From Enterobacteria phage HK620, in sequence record NC_002730.1: a stretch of 38,297 bases of DNA; one strand, given 5' to 3'. Below the pieces are notes generated by a model. The model ran no database searches. It saw only the letters and a list, made by a program, of their open reading frames with translations, and had not been told where the DNA came from. This document shows, piece after piece, positions 26,516-38,032 of this stretch. The position numbers and the translations under genes were made by a program. Every line of letters begins with the position of its first letter. Position 1 is the first letter of the stretch.

Positions 26516-27934
26516 ATGCCTATTCAGCAACTTCCGCTTATGAAAGGTGTCGGCAAAGACTTTCGAAACGCGGACTATATCGACTATCTGCCAGTGAATA
26601 TGCTGGCTACACCCAAAGAAATCCTGAACAGCAGCGGATATCTTCGCTCATTCCCTGGCATTGCCAAACGTTCTGACGTGAACGGTGTATCTCGCGGCGT
26701 CGAGTACAACATGGCGCAGAATGCTGTTTATCGCGTGTGTGGTGGCAAGCTGTACAAAGGAGAAAGTGAAGTCGGTGATGTTGCCGGAAGTGGTCGTGTA
26801 TCAATGGCGCATGGTCGGACATCTCAGGCTGTAGGCGTTAATGGCCAACTGGTCGAGTATCGTTATGATGGCACGGTTAAAACAGTCTCAAACTGGCCTA
26901 CAGACAGCGGATTCACGCAGTATGAGTTAGGTTCTGTTCGTGACATTACGCGCTTACGCGGGCGTTATGCGTGGTCAAAAGACGGCACTGATTCATGGTT
27001 TATCACTGACCTTGAAGACGAATCGCATCCTGACCGATACAGCGCACAATATCGTGCCGAGTCTCAGCCTGACGGCATCATCGGCATCGGAACATGGCGA
27101 GACTTCATCGTCTGCTTTGGTTCATCGACGATTGAATATTTCTCCCTGACGGGGGCAACCACCGTTGGTGCTGCTTTGTATGTCGCACAGCCATCGCTGA
27201 TGGTGCAGAAAGGCATTGCCGGGACTTACTGCAAAACGCCGTTTGCTGATTCGTATGCGTTCATCAGCAATCCGGCAACAGGTGCGCCGTCTGTATATAT
27301 CATCGGCTCCGGTCAGGTGTCACCAATCTCCAGCGCGAGCATTGAGAAAATCCTCCGCTCCTACACCGCTGATGAACTGGCTGATGGCGTGATGGAATCG
27401 TTGCGCTTTGATGCTCATGAGTTGCTGATTATCCACCTGCCGCGCCACGTCCTAGTATATGACGCATCTTCAAGCGCCAATGGTCCGCAATGGTGTGTGT
27501 TGAAAACTGGCTTGTATGACGATGTGTACCGCGCTATCGACTTCATTTACGAAGGCAATCAGATAACGTGCGGCGATAAGCTGGAATCCGTGACCGGGAA
27601 ATTGCAGTTCGATATCAGCAGCCAGTACGACAAGCAACAGGAACACCTGCTGTTTACTCCGTTGTTCAAAGCGGATAACGCCAGAGTTTTCGACCTTGAA
27701 GTTGAATCGTCAACTGGCGTTGCGCAGTACGCTGACCGCCTTTTTCTCTCTGCAACCACTGACGGCATCAATTACGGACGTGAGCAGATGATTGAGCAGA
27801 ATGAACCGTTCGTTTACGACAAACGCGTTTTGTGGAAGCGAGTCGGGCGCATCAGGAAAAATGTTGGCTTCAAATTGCGCGTTATCACGAAGTCACCTGT
27901 AACTCTGTCTGGCTGCCAGATAAGGATTGAGTAA
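26516..27934 (+). CDS. tail hub protein (P22 gp10-like)
   Basis: 472 aa, the length I recall for P22 gp10; position. Confidence 0.8.
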
Positions 27935-28635
27935 TGGCTGATTCGAATCTCAATGAGCCAGTAATCATCCAGGCGACGCGGCTCGATACATCAATCCTTC
28001 CACGCAATATCTTCTCGCAGTCGTATCTGCTTTACGTTATCGCACAGGGCACTGATGTTGGTAACGTGGCTAACAAGGCCAACGAGGCTGGTCAGGGCGC
28101 TTACGATGCCCAGGTAAAAAACGATGAACAGGACGTTGAACTGGCTGACCACGATGCAAGAATCGCCGCAAACACAAAAGCGATAAATATCCTTGAGGTC
28201 AGGTTAACAACTGCCGAAGGGAAGATAGTCGTACTGCGTAGCGATGTTGATTACTTGCTGGATGAGGTTATCGATATTCAGGCGCATCTGGTCACTGTTG
28301 ACCAAAGACTGGATGGCGTAGAAAGCGATGTATCTGACATTAAGAGTGATTACGTATCGAAAACCGTAACCGAATCGCAGTCTCTTGCGTCACCGCTGGA
28401 TGTAAAAACATCATATTCAGTTGATGGAATTCAGGTCGTTGGAGCAAGGCAGACCGGATGGACTGCAGCCACAGGCACACCACTTCTTGGCTCATTCAAC
28501 GCTAACCAGTCATACACGGTCGGCACTACGTACACACAATCCGAAGTCGCAGCTCTCGCTACAGGTTTGGAGCAGGCGCGGCAGCGTATTCTGGCGCTTG
28601 AAACAGCACTTAGATTACATGGGCTGATTGACTGA
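27934..28635 (+). CDS. tail needle protein (P22 gp26-like)
   Basis: 233 aa; N-terminal gp10-binding region then a long heptad coiled coil. Confidence 0.85.
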
Positions 28636-29090
28636 TGATTACATTCAAACCAACGCGAAACATCGACCTGATCGAAGCAGTAGGAAATCACCCTGACATC
28701 ATCGCCGGGAGCAACAACGGCGATGGATACGACTACAAACCTGAATGCCGTTACTTTGAGGTGAGCGTGCACGGACAGTTCGGCGGCATTGTTTACTATC
28801 AGGAGATTCAGCCGCTGACATTCGATTGCCACGCCATGTACCTGCCAGAGATTCGCGGCTTCAGCAAGGAAATTGGGCTGGCGTTCTGGCGATACATTCT
28901 GACTAACACCACCGTTCAGTGCGTCACATCGTTCGCTGCGCGCAAATTCCGCCACGGGCAGATGTACTGCGCAATGATTGGCCTTAAGCGTGTCGGAACC
29001 ATCAAGAAATACTTCAAAGGCGTGGATGACGTGACGTTTTACAGCGCCACACGCGAAGAACTAATCGACTTCCTGAATCACGGGAGATAG
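28635..29090 (+). CDS. virion assembly protein (P22 gp14-like, by position)
   Basis: 151-aa ORF between the needle and ejection-protein genes. Confidence 0.5.
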   Translation: MITFKPTRNIDLIEAVGNHPDIIAGSNNGDGYDYKPECRYFEVSVHGQFGGIVYYQEIQPLTFDCHAMYLPEIRGFSKEIGLAFWRYILTNTTVQCVTSFAARKFRHGQMYCAMIGLKRVGTIKKYFKGVDDVTFYSATREELIDFLNHGR

Positions 29091-29092
29091 CC

Positions 29093-29785
29093 ATGTTATA
29101 TGCATTTAAGCTGGGCAGAAAACTGCGCGGCGAGGAACCTTGGTGCCCTGAAAAAGGCGGGAAAGGTGGCAGCTCTGATAAAAGCGCAAAGTATGCCGCA
29201 GAAGCTCAGAAGTATGCAGCAGACCTGCAAAATCAGCAGTTCAACACCATCATGAACAACCTGAAGCCGTTTACTCCTCTGGCTGATAAGTATGTCGGCA
29301 GCCTCGAGAACTTATCGTCTCTGGAAGGGCAAGGTCAGGCACTTAACCAGTATTACAACTCTCAGCAGTATAAAGACCTTGCTGGTCAGGCTCGCTATCA
29401 GAGTCTGGCTGCAGCGGAAGCAACAGGTGGATTGGGTTCCACCGCAACCAGTAATCAGTTAGCAACAATCGCACCAACGCTTGGTCAGCAATGGCTATCT
29501 GGTCAGATGAACAACTACCAGAATCTGGCAAATATCGGTCTTGGCGCTCTTCAGGGGCAGGCAAACGCCGGGCAAACATATGCCAACAACATGAGTCAGA
29601 TTTCGCAGCAAAGTGCGGCTCTTGCAGCGGCAAATGCCAACAGACCATCAGCAATGCAATCTGCTATTGGCGGAGGTGCGTCTGGTGCTATTGCTGGGGC
29701 TGGACTTGCGAAATTAATCGGTTCATCAACTCCGTGGGGGGCTGCGATCGGCGGCGGTCTTGGTCTGCTTGGCTCGTTGTTTTAA
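29093..29785 (+). CDS. DNA ejection (internal virion) protein, P22 gp7-like
   Basis: 230 aa; N-terminus MLYAFKLGRKLRGEEP...; Gly/Ala-rich C-terminus. Confidence 0.7.
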   Translation: MLYAFKLGRKLRGEEPWCPEKGGKGGSSDKSAKYAAEAQKYAADLQNQQFNTIMNNLKPFTPLADKYVGSLENLSSLEGQGQALNQYYNSQQYKDLAGQARYQSLAAAEATGGLGSTATSNQLATIAPTLGQQWLSGQMNNYQNLANIGLGALQGQANAGQTYANNMSQISQQSAALAAANANRPSAMQSAIGGGASGAIAGAGLAKLIGSSTPWGAAIGGGLGLLGSLF

Positions 29786-29794
29786 GGGGTAATC

Positions 29795-31144
29795 ATGGCT
29801 ACGTGGCAACAGGGTATTAATTCTGGTGGTTTTCTGGCTGGCATCGGTACGCAAAATGAGAATGCGCCAAAGGCAAGCGACATTAACGCAACGCTTGGTC
29901 TGATCCGCGAAAACAATGAACTGGCTCGCTCAGGTGTAAATAACGTTGGCCTGACCGCGTTACGTGGTCTGGCTGGAGTTGCTGATATTTACAATCAGGA
30001 ACAGCAACAGAAAGCTATTAGTGCGTTCAATAAGGTTCACGCTGATGCATGGGCTTCTGGTGATCCATCTGGACTATTTAAGTTTGCCCAGGAAAATCCA
30101 GCGTTTGTTGCGCAGGCACAACAGGCGTTTTCCGGTCTTAATGAGCAGCAACGCAACGATATGGGCGATTTAGCCATGAGGGCTAACGTCGCTCTTTCCC
30201 AGGGACCGGAAGCCTACAGTAAATTCATTACTGACAACAAGGACAGGTTAAATCGCGTGGGGGCGAATGCTGACTGGATGATTCAGACAGGTATCCAGAA
30301 TCCAGAGCAGCTATCACACATGCTGACTACTATGTCTCTCGGTGCACTTGGGCCAGAAAAGGCTTTTGCTGTTCAGGATAAGATGGTTGGTCGCCAGCAG
30401 GAGCAGCAAAGAATTAACGAAACCATTCGCAATAATGACATGACGAATGCGAGGGCTATTAGGGGGCAGGATCTTTCCTATAAGGCTCAAATGGCAAGAC
30501 TGAATCACGACAAGTATGTGTTTAAGCAGTCACAGGCGGCCCTTGAAAGAGCAGGACAACTTCAGGATATGGATGTTTTGTCTCTTAACTCACAGATAGC
30601 AGCGACGGGAATTGATCCGCTAACCGGTAAAGCTGCAACGTCAGCCAGAATGTCTCAGGCTAAGAGATGGCTTGATGGCAACAATAATTACAACAATGCG
30701 TTGATTACTGGTGAGCGAGGGATAGAGAAAATAGATTCTTTGCTTGGTAAGAAGGAGCTTGAAGGTATCGGTCGCTTCGAAGGAAGAAATATAGATGGCT
30801 TCACAAGTGCTGAAGGGCTTGCAAACCGTAATGCGATAGAAGAATTAAAGTCGGGTGCGTTTGTCCAGAACGTGCAGACTATGCGAGGTATGGGTAGCCT
30901 CTCCAATGCTGAAGGACAAAAACTGGAAAACCTTATCGCGAAACTCGATATAACACAGCCTGAAGAGGTCGTCAGAAAACAGTTATCTGAAATCCGATCG
31001 CAATATTCTGTATTTCAAAAGGTTGCAGCAAGGGAGGCTGAATCAATGGGATATAGTTCATCAGGTTATGACACATATGTTAGTGAGCGAAAATCAGGAA
31101 GCGACAGCAATAAGTCCGGTTTCTCGTCTTTATGGGGTGATTAA
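29795..31144 (+). CDS. DNA ejection protein, P22 gp20-like
   Basis: 449 aa; position in the ejection-protein block. Confidence 0.65.
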   Translation: MATWQQGINSGGFLAGIGTQNENAPKASDINATLGLIRENNELARSGVNNVGLTALRGLAGVADIYNQEQQQKAISAFNKVHADAWASGDPSGLFKFAQENPAFVAQAQQAFSGLNEQQRNDMGDLAMRANVALSQGPEAYSKFITDNKDRLNRVGANADWMIQTGIQNPEQLSHMLTTMSLGALGPEKAFAVQDKMVGRQQEQQRINETIRNNDMTNARAIRGQDLSYKAQMARLNHDKYVFKQSQAALERAGQLQDMDVLSLNSQIAATGIDPLTGKAATSARMSQAKRWLDGNNNYNNALITGERGIEKIDSLLGKKELEGIGRFEGRNIDGFTSAEGLANRNAIEELKSGAFVQNVQTMRGMGSLSNAEGQKLENLIAKLDITQPEEVVRKQLSEIRSQYSVFQKVAAREAESMGYSSSGYDTYVSERKSGSDSNKSGFSSLWGD

Positions 31145-33312
31145 TGGCTAAAGCATGGAAAGATGTTGTCGCTTCTCCACAGTATCAGGCGTTAACTGAA
31201 GAACAGAAAGCACAGGCTCAAGCGCAATATTTTGATGAGGTTGTTGCCCCTAAGGCTGGTGACAAATGGGCTGAAGCAAGAGATCAGTTTTATGCAGCAT
31301 ACCCTCCGCATCAGCAGCAGAAAGAAGAACCATCATTGATGCAACAAGCTGGCGATTGGCTCACAGGTGGTCAAAGTGCAGGGCAAATTGCAGAACAGGC
31401 TGGTCGTGGTCTGGTAAACATACCATTTGACGTATTGCAGGGTGGCGCAAGTCTGATTAATGCAATCAGCCAGGGGCTTGGTGGCCCCAAGATTTTGGAT
31501 GATGTTTATCGTCCTGTCGATCGACCTACAGACCCTTACGCGCAAGCCGGTGAAACAATTGGTGGGTATCTCCTGCCAATTGGCACAGCGGCAAAAGCTG
31601 CTGGAGCGCCAGCAAAGCTCGCTGGAGATATCGGTTCCGCAGGAAACATGATTGCAGGTTCTCTTGCTGATGCTGCAAATCAGGATGGAGACTTTGCACA
31701 AAATGCTGCCATTAACGGTGGTATCAATATTGGTGCTCAAGGCGTTCTTTCAGGTGTCGGCCGCGTTATTGCGCCAAGGGTTTCACAGGCTCTTGGTGGT
31801 GCAGCACTGAATTCTGCTAATGATGTTTCGAAAATGGCAAAGTCTGGTACAGGAAGAGAGATTATTGCCAGACAGTCAGCTAACGTGTCAGACGAAATAG
31901 CAAAAGCAGCAGATACTGCTGGAATAGATATCAACGCATTAACTCCTGGCATGAGATCAGGTAGTCGTGGTCTTGCTCAGGCGGAGGGGATTCTGGCGTC
32001 AAAGCCCGGAATTACACAGGATGCACACACCAAAGCATTCAGTGAAATAGAGTCGAAATTTAACTCAGCATTGGATGAGTTTGGGGCTGAAGCAGGAACT
32101 GCATCAGAAAAAAGTGCAGCCATAAAACAAAGGGTTTTGGCAAGTATTGATAAAATGAAAAATTCAGAAAAGGCCGCATGGGATAGCGTCCGCTCCACGA
32201 TGCCTGACGCAAAGGCCAGAATGTCAAACCTGAACGCTACAATTCAGGGTGATATTTTGGCTGGCATGCCGCTAACTCCTGAGATGAAACAATTCGCATC
32301 TGCTTATGCTAAAACTGGTAAAAATGGAATCACGTTTGATGCCATGAAGGCATGGCGAAGTAAACTTGCTGACGCTGAGCAGAAGTATATAAGGTCTGGT
32401 GAGGCAAATACGGCAAGGCGCATGGCTGAGCTTCGTGATGCAGCCACGGAAGATATGCGCATAATGGCTCAAAATGGCGGTTTTCTTGATGACTGGCAAA
32501 AAGCTAATGATCTGTCAAAGGCAAGATTTACAGCACAAGAACAGGCTGAAGCAGCGTTTGGTAGAGACCTTGCAACTGATCAGTTGGTAACTAATGGCTC
32601 TAAGGCGTTACAGGGCTCAGCAAAAAGTGGAACAGGTCAGTTTCATAAAATAATAAGCGCCCTACCTGAGTCGGAACGCGCGCCAGCAATTGCATCAATA
32701 TTGCAAGATACGGTATCGCAAGGGGTGCGCGGAGGTAAGTCTGAAGGGGCTGGAATTAAGCATATCGCGACTATTCTTACCCCGCAAAACGTGAAGGCAA
32801 TTAGTCGATATTCTCCAGAACTTGGCAGGATTGCAAGTTCATACGGTGAACTTGCAAGAGCAGCAACAAAGCCACTTCGATATGTTGAACAGACAGGGCG
32901 CTCTATGCCAGCCATTAGCACTCTTGAGAAGGGCCTTCATCCAGTTTTAGAGAGCGTATTGTCTGGCGCTTTTCCAACCGCTGGCGCTATCGCAGGGTTC
33001 TCTGGAGGAGGTGTTATTGGAGCAATAGTGGGTGGCGCTGCAGGTGGAGCAATTGATGCAATAGCAAAAGGATCGATAGCGAAATTATCCGCAACCAGAA
33101 GCGGTCGTTACGCTATTGAAAAGGCTGTTCAAGAGGCAACAAAGGCAGTTAAGGTTGGGGCAAGTGATGGCTCATTAGCGGCGGCTGAACGCAGATTTAT
33201 GGCAAATAAGGCCGCCGTAAAAGCAATACGCGATGCACTAGGAAACGAAGAGTTCCAGCGTTTGTCGAGGGCTGGGATTGTGGCATCGCTAAGCGGAATG
33301 GCACAGGAGTAA
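31144..33312 (+). CDS. DNA ejection protein, P22 gp16-like
   Basis: 722 aa; Ala/Gly-rich; position. Confidence 0.65.
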   Translation: MAKAWKDVVASPQYQALTEEQKAQAQAQYFDEVVAPKAGDKWAEARDQFYAAYPPHQQQKEEPSLMQQAGDWLTGGQSAGQIAEQAGRGLVNIPFDVLQGGASLINAISQGLGGPKILDDVYRPVDRPTDPYAQAGETIGGYLLPIGTAAKAAGAPAKLAGDIGSAGNMIAGSLADAANQDGDFAQNAAINGGINIGAQGVLSGVGRVIAPRVSQALGGAALNSANDVSKMAKSGTGREIIARQSANVSDEIAKAADTAGIDINALTPGMRSGSRGLAQAEGILASKPGITQDAHTKAFSEIESKFNSALDEFGAEAGTASEKSAAIKQRVLASIDKMKNSEKAAWDSVRSTMPDAKARMSNLNATIQGDILAGMPLTPEMKQFASAYAKTGKNGITFDAMKAWRSKLADAEQKYIRSGEANTARRMAELRDAATEDMRIMAQNGGFLDDWQKANDLSKARFTAQEQAEAAFGRDLATDQLVTNGSKALQGSAKSGTGQFHKIISALPESERAPAIASILQDTVSQGVRGGKSEGAGIKHIATILTPQNVKAISRYSPELGRIASSYGELARAATKPLRYVEQTGRSMPAISTLEKGLHPVLESVLSGAFPTAGAIAGFSGGGVIGAIVGGAAGGAIDAIAKGSIAKLSATRSGRYAIEKAVQEATKAVKVGASDGSLAAAERRFMANKAAVKAIRDALGNEEFQRLSRAGIVASLSGMAQE

Positions 33313-33642
33313 TTAGTCATCCATGGATGGATTGAGCTTATCTCGTGTTGATGTGGCAATTTTCCCAACATTTTTCAACCAAGATTTTAAGAAGGATATG
33401 TCGTCCTTAATATCATGAATATCCTCATTCTTTATACGATCAACCTTATCCTCTAAGCTCTCTATAGAACGCTCAATGCTAGACAGAGAGATTTTTAAGT
33501 CCCCTTGCTCACGTTCCAGTGAGGATTTGAGAGCACAATATTCGTTTTCTAGAATTCCTATTTTTTTTGTTAGAGAGTGCATTCGATACTCATACACCAA
33601 ACCAGAAACGACTAATGCAGCCAACAGAAACCATTCAAACAC
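33313..33642 (-). CDS. small membrane-anchored coiled-coil protein, unknown function
   Basis: GTG at 33642 five nt after a perfect AAGGAGG site; N-terminal TM segment FEWFLLAALVVSGLVYEY then heptad-rich region; AT-rich; the track's upstream extension lacks a ribosome-binding site. Confidence 0.5.
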   Translation of the reverse strand: MFEWFLLAALVVSGLVYEYRMHSLTKKIGILENEYCALKSSLEREQGDLKISLSSIERSIESLEDKVDRIKNEDIHDIKDDISFLKSWLKNVGKIATSTRDKLNPSMDD

Positions 33643-33672
33643 ACCAACCTCCTTAGTTTTTCGCAGGATACC

Positions 33673-34038
33673 ATGAAAAAAGTTAACATTGGAAACGTAC
33701 CAAAGATGCTCGTTCCGCTCTTTGAGAGCGGTACAATTGTGTTTTGTAGAGACTTTCCAGAATGGCAACGCCTGCATCAAAAACTTGGCGTGGACGTGCA
33801 GGACTCGGATGCCAACGGAGCGTCTCATACAATGAGCAGCGAGAATGGTGTTTTGCATGTGATAGGCGTGTTCAATGGCAAACTATCTACTATTGCCCAT
33901 GAGTGCGCTCACATGGCATTCGATATCTGCTCAAGGGTAGGTGTTGATGTTGAACCAGGAAGAGCCAACGAGACTTACTGCTACTTAATGAGCAGGCTTG
34001 TTGAGTTCTGCGAGCGACATATCAAAAAGCCGGAGTGA
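33673..34038 (+). CDS. small putative zinc metallopeptidase-like protein (HExxH motif)
   Basis: 121 aa; motif TIAHECAHMAFD in hydrophobic context; ATG with AGGA ribosome-binding site; stop codon lies in a terminator hairpin loop. Confidence 0.5.
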   Translation: MKKVNIGNVPKMLVPLFESGTIVFCRDFPEWQRLHQKLGVDVQDSDANGASHTMSSENGVLHVIGVFNGKLSTIAHECAHMAFDICSRVGVDVEPGRANETYCYLMSRLVEFCERHIKKPE

Positions 34039-34046
34039 CCCGGCTT
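34022..34046. terminator. bidirectional hairpin terminator at the end of the HExxH gene
   Basis: AGCCGG-AGTGAC-CCGGCT with T-runs on both strands, stronger on the minus strand. Confidence 0.5.
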
Positions 34047-34321
34047 GATTATTACTTTTTGCTGTCTGGAGTTCGCTTATCTAATACCCAGCCATGACCT
34101 GGCTTTGTTGTTGGCGGAAGCCTTTCGTTGTCCTTGACGGTGGCAAAATTGTCTTTCTTACCGCCGCGCGGGCCAACTTATTGGTATATACCGCCGTTTT
34201 TTCCCGTGTTTTCACCTGGTTTTTTCGCCATGATATACCTCAACATACACCCGTTATTGGGCGATTAAATATTGATCTCATTTTATAAGTAGTCAATATG
34301 TCCCAGGTAAATGCAAAAATT

Positions 34322-34345
34322 AACCCACCGTCAGGTGGTTTTTTG
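34322..34345 (+). terminator. rho-independent terminator
   Basis: CCACC-GTCA-GGTGG followed by TTTTTT. Confidence 0.6.
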
Positions 34346-34395
34346 TACAAATCCTTCAGCCAGTACATAACTACTGACAGATAACCAACGCAACG

Positions 34396-34418
34396 ACCCA
34401 GCTTCGGCTGGTTTTTTT
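34396..34418 (+). terminator. rho-independent terminator just upstream of the tailspike gene
   Basis: CCAGC-TTCG-GCTGG followed by TTTTTTT. Confidence 0.65.
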
Positions 34419-34477
34419 ATGCCCAAAATTCACCGTGGCCATGCTGCGGCGATTCCTTGTATCTGGAGCAAATTAAA

Positions 34478-36610
34478 ATGACAGATTCAATAAATGCCAA
34501 TGTTGTAGTGAGCATGCCTTCGCAACTCTTCACTATGGCGCGTTCTTTTAAAGCCGTAGCCAATGGCAAAATTTATATCGGGAAAATTGACACTGATCCG
34601 GTAAATCCTGAAAACCGGATTCAGGTTTATGTAGAGAACGAAGACGGCTCTCACGTTCCTGTTTCTCAACCAATCATCATTAACGCTGCTGGTTATCCGG
34701 TATATAACGGACAGATTGCCAAATTCGTTACCGTGCAAGGCCATTCTATGGCTGTTTATGATGCATATGGTGCTCAGCAGTTCTATTTTCCTAATGTGCT
34801 TAAGTATGACCCTGACCAGTTCAGGGCAATTATAGAGTCACCAGAAGGTGCTGGACACGTAGGATATCAGTATCGCAGGAATACAGGGTCGACCATGAGA
34901 ATGGTAAGCGATGTGCTGGATGAGCGTGTGAGCCTGTGGGATTTTCATTGTGACCCATCCGGCAATGTAATTCAGCCAGGACCAAACGTTGACAGTCGCC
35001 AATATCTACAAGCAGCAATTGATTATGTATCGTCTAATGGAGGTGGAACAATCACCATTCCAGCAGGCTATACGTGGTATCTTGGATCTTATGGTGTTGG
35101 AGGAATTGCAGGGCATAGTGGAATTATTCAGTTGCGCAGCAATGTTAATCTAAATATTGAAGGTAGAATTCATCTTTCTCCATTCTTTGACCTTAAGCCA
35201 TTTCAGGTGTTTGTAGGCTTTGATAATGGCGATCCCGCAAGCTCTGGTAATCTGGAGAACTGCCATATTTATGGGCATGGTGTAGTGGACTTTGGTGGTT
35301 ATGAGTTTGGAGCATCCAGTCAACTACGTAATGGTGTTGCTTTTGGGCGTAGTTACAATTGTTCTGTAACAGGTATTACTTTCCAGAATGGTGACGTTAC
35401 TTGGGCTATTACCTTAGGCTGGAATGGGTACGGGTCTAACTGCTACGTGCGCAAGTGCCGCTTTATCAACTTAGTGAACAGCAGTGTCAATGCAGACCAC
35501 AGTACAGTGTACGTCAACTGCCCCTACAGCGGAGTTGAGTCCTGCTACTTCAGTATGTCTAGTTCATTCGCGCGTAACATCGCGTGCTCTGTAGAGTTGC
35601 ACCAACATGATACCTTCTACCGCGGAAGTACTGTAAACGGATACTGCCGTGGCGCATATGTAGTTATGCACGCAGCAGAGGCTGCTGGTGCAGGTTCTTA
35701 TGCTTACAACATGCAGGTTGAAAACAACATCGCGGTCATTTACGGCCAGTTCGTTATATTAGGCTCTGACGTAACTGCTACAGTCTCTGGACATCTTAAT
35801 GACGTCATCGTATCTGGTAACATCGTAAGTATTGGTGAGCGGGCTGCGTTCTCAGCTCCGTTTGGGGCATTTATTGATATTGGCCCGGACAATAGCGGGG
35901 CTAGTAATGTACAAGATATCCAGCGAGTGCTTGTAACAGGCAACAGTTTCTATGCTCCTGCTAACATCACTGATAGTGCTGCAATTACCCTGCGAGCTAA
36001 TCTTAATGGTTGCACCTTTATCGCTAACAATTTTGATTGCCGTTACATGGTCTACAACGCTCCCGGTACTACAAGCCCTGTAGTTCAGAATCTGGTATGG
36101 GATAAGTCCAATGTTATCGGCGGGACTCACGCGAATCAACGTGCAGGACAGAATCTATTTGATATGCAGTTTGCATCTGTAGTAAACAGCACTATAGAAG
36201 TACAGCTTAGCTGTGAAGATCTGAGCATGTTTAGCTGCATACTCTTCCCTGCATCATGTCAGTTGTCGTACTCGAAGATAACGGTAGATTCTGCATGGAC
36301 AAAAAGCATGTCAAATACCGCGGTATTTGAAGGTAATCAACAGGCAGGTGCTAATGTATATGTGTCGTATCCAGCTACCGTTAACCTTACAAGTTACAAC
36401 ACCCAAGGAGCGGTTCCTTTCTTTAGTACAGACACCAACTACGCATGGGTTACCAGCGCCTACTCTTTAAGTATTAACGAAAATTTAGATTTCTCGCCAC
36501 CAGCTACTTATACCAATAAAGCCAACGGACAGTTGGTTGGGGTTGGGTATAACGAGATAGGTGGGGTGCGTTCAGTTAGTGTGAGGTTGATGCTGCAGCG
36601 TCAGGTGTGA
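34478..36610 (+). CDS. tailspike protein: P22-like N-terminal head-binding domain fused to a divergent receptor-binding (O-antigen-cleaving) domain
   Basis: 710 aa from [12 protein letters not shown]...; first ~110 residues parallel the P22 tailspike N-terminus; remainder is Gly/Asn/Ser/Val-rich. Confidence 0.9.
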   Translation: MTDSINANVVVSMPSQLFTMARSFKAVANGKIYIGKIDTDPVNPENRIQVYVENEDGSHVPVSQPIIINAAGYPVYNGQIAKFVTVQGHSMAVYDAYGAQQFYFPNVLKYDPDQFRAIIESPEGAGHVGYQYRRNTGSTMRMVSDVLDERVSLWDFHCDPSGNVIQPGPNVDSRQYLQAAIDYVSSNGGGTITIPAGYTWYLGSYGVGGIAGHSGIIQLRSNVNLNIEGRIHLSPFFDLKPFQVFVGFDNGDPASSGNLENCHIYGHGVVDFGGYEFGASSQLRNGVAFGRSYNCSVTGITFQNGDVTWAITLGWNGYGSNCYVRKCRFINLVNSSVNADHSTVYVNCPYSGVESCYFSMSSSFARNIACSVELHQHDTFYRGSTVNGYCRGAYVVMHAAEAAGAGSYAYNMQVENNIAVIYGQFVILGSDVTATVSGHLNDVIVSGNIVSIGERAAFSAPFGAFIDIGPDNSGASNVQDIQRVLVTGNSFYAPANITDSAAITLRANLNGCTFIANNFDCRYMVYNAPGTTSPVVQNLVWDKSNVIGGTHANQRAGQNLFDMQFASVVNSTIEVQLSCEDLSMFSCILFPASCQLSYSKITVDSAWTKSMSNTAVFEGNQQAGANVYVSYPATVNLTSYNTQGAVPFFSTDTNYAWVTSAYSLSINENLDFSPPATYTNKANGQLVGVGYNEIGGVRSVSVRLMLQRQV

Positions 36611-36750
36611 GTATTTGATATCTACGAAATAATGTGCTTTTGCATAATTTACATGATAAACCAAGAAGAATTGTTTATATAAAAGCATGTAATGGTCACA
36701 CCATAAAACAGAAAGATGTAATTGATATTACTTTTTTATTATTGCGCTTT

Positions 36751-36773
36751 AACCACCTCGTGGTGAGGTGGTT
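36751..36773. terminator. hairpin between convergent tailspike and membrane-protein genes
   Basis: Perfect 9-bp inverted repeat AACCACCTC-GTGGT-GAGGTGGTT; weak flanking T-runs. Confidence 0.4.
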
Positions 36774-36787
36774 AACCATTTGGTTGA

Positions 36788-38032
36788 TTAATGCTTAAAT
36801 ACCTTCTGATTGTAATTTGTCTGCATGTGAATATTTTTGTTGTCGTTCATTTTTTTAGTGAAAAATCTAAACACAACAAACATACATAGCAATAGTTTAA
36901 TATTTCCAGAGAGATTGGTTATTATGGTTTCACTCATGAATTGAGTAATTAAACTCACACTAAGAACTGAATAAAGACCAAGCATAACAAGGTTTCCTGC
37001 TTTTGCAGACGAGTATATTGCAGACAAAAGCACTCCATATATCACAGCGCCAAAAGCAACCCCATAAATACCCATATCGCTATAGAACGGCTGCATTACA
37101 GAATAAACATTTGTTGGTGATGGAACATATACGTAATCAAGGATTGTCTTTACTGGTTCTACTGAAGAAATACCAATCTTATAATTAATCGCATTAATAA
37201 ATCTAAGGGTGTAGTCACCACTCCAATTAATTCCGGAATCAATCAATGTTCCAAATGCAATCAAAGGTGAATAAATATAAGTGCCAAAAATATAAGCTAT
37301 CGTCGCCGAGTCATCATCAGACATTCTATAAAAATGCATGATAATAATACACGCAAGAACTACTGGGGCATATATGAATATCTTCTTCATGCTTATGCCG
37401 TTTTTTAATTCGTATATGGTAACAAACATCATTATTGGTGTAATAACAGCAAACTTACCCATTGTACCAATTGCAAATAATAAAACCCATGTGCAAACAG
37501 AAATCTTATCTATCCACCTTGATTTGAATATACATATAGATGCAAACATTGCCATAATTACCGGGTAAAAAGATGGCATAAATATAAACGTCGGGTACTG
37601 ATAGTCATCTTCTATATTAGCAAGCCTAAGATTCAGCAAGAAATTAACAGGACCATTTGAACCAACCTTGTAAATTTCATAAGCTGTTATTAAGCAAGCG
37701 GGTATCGCTAACAATGAATATCTTGAGCATATCCTGTTTTTTTCTTTGATTTTATATTTTAATGGTTTGTTTCGTTGTGCAATTTCGAATACAGCATAAG
37801 AAAATGATGTTAATGATATCCATATCAACAAGCAGTAAAATGTTTCAACTCTGAAATCATAAAAGCTATCATAGGAAATAATTCCAGTAAAAGCCATAAA
37901 ATACCATGAGAATAGACTTAGCGATAACGGAGACGTAATTCTGCATCTCATATATTTTATAGCCAAAATATGCATGGCAGAACAAAGTACAAATATAATA
38001 ATAAGATATGTCATAAAATAAGCCCGCAACAA
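36788..38032 (-). CDS. polytopic integral membrane protein (at least 10 predicted TM helices), candidate lysogenic-conversion / O-antigen-modifying enzyme
   Basis: 414-aa ORF, markedly AT-rich versus the rest of the genome, aromatic-rich hydrophobic segments; lies between tailspike and int/att. Confidence 0.7.
   Translation of the reverse strand: MLRAYFMTYLIIIFVLCSAMHILAIKYMRCRITSPLSLSLFSWYFMAFTGIISYDSFYDFRVETFYCLLIWISLTSFSYAVFEIAQRNKPLKYKIKEKNRICSRYSLLAIPACLITAYEIYKVGSNGPVNFLLNLRLANIEDDYQYPTFIFMPSFYPVIMAMFASICIFKSRWIDKISVCTWVLLFAIGTMGKFAVITPIMMFVTIYELKNGISMKKIFIYAPVVLACIIIMHFYRMSDDDSATIAYIFGTYIYSPLIAFGTLIDSGINWSGDYTLRFINAINYKIGISSVEPVKTILDYVYVPSPTNVYSVMQPFYSDMGIYGVAFGAVIYGVLLSAIYSSAKAGNLVMLGLYSVLSVSLITQFMSETIITNLSGNIKLLLCMFVVFRFFTKKMNDNKNIHMQTNYNQKVFKH

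Noticed and set aside
33643-33858. N-terminal extension of the minus-strand ORF to 33858 (181 aa in the track)
   Set aside because: The extension is antisense to the HExxH gene, has no ribosome-binding site and an unstructured-looking translation; GTG at 33642 has a perfect AAGGAGG site.
34094-34288. 64-aa plus-strand ORF between the HExxH gene and the tailspike
   Set aside because: No ribosome-binding site, odd Trp/Cys-rich composition, and it overlaps a minus-strand mini-ORF that does have a ribosome-binding site and terminator.
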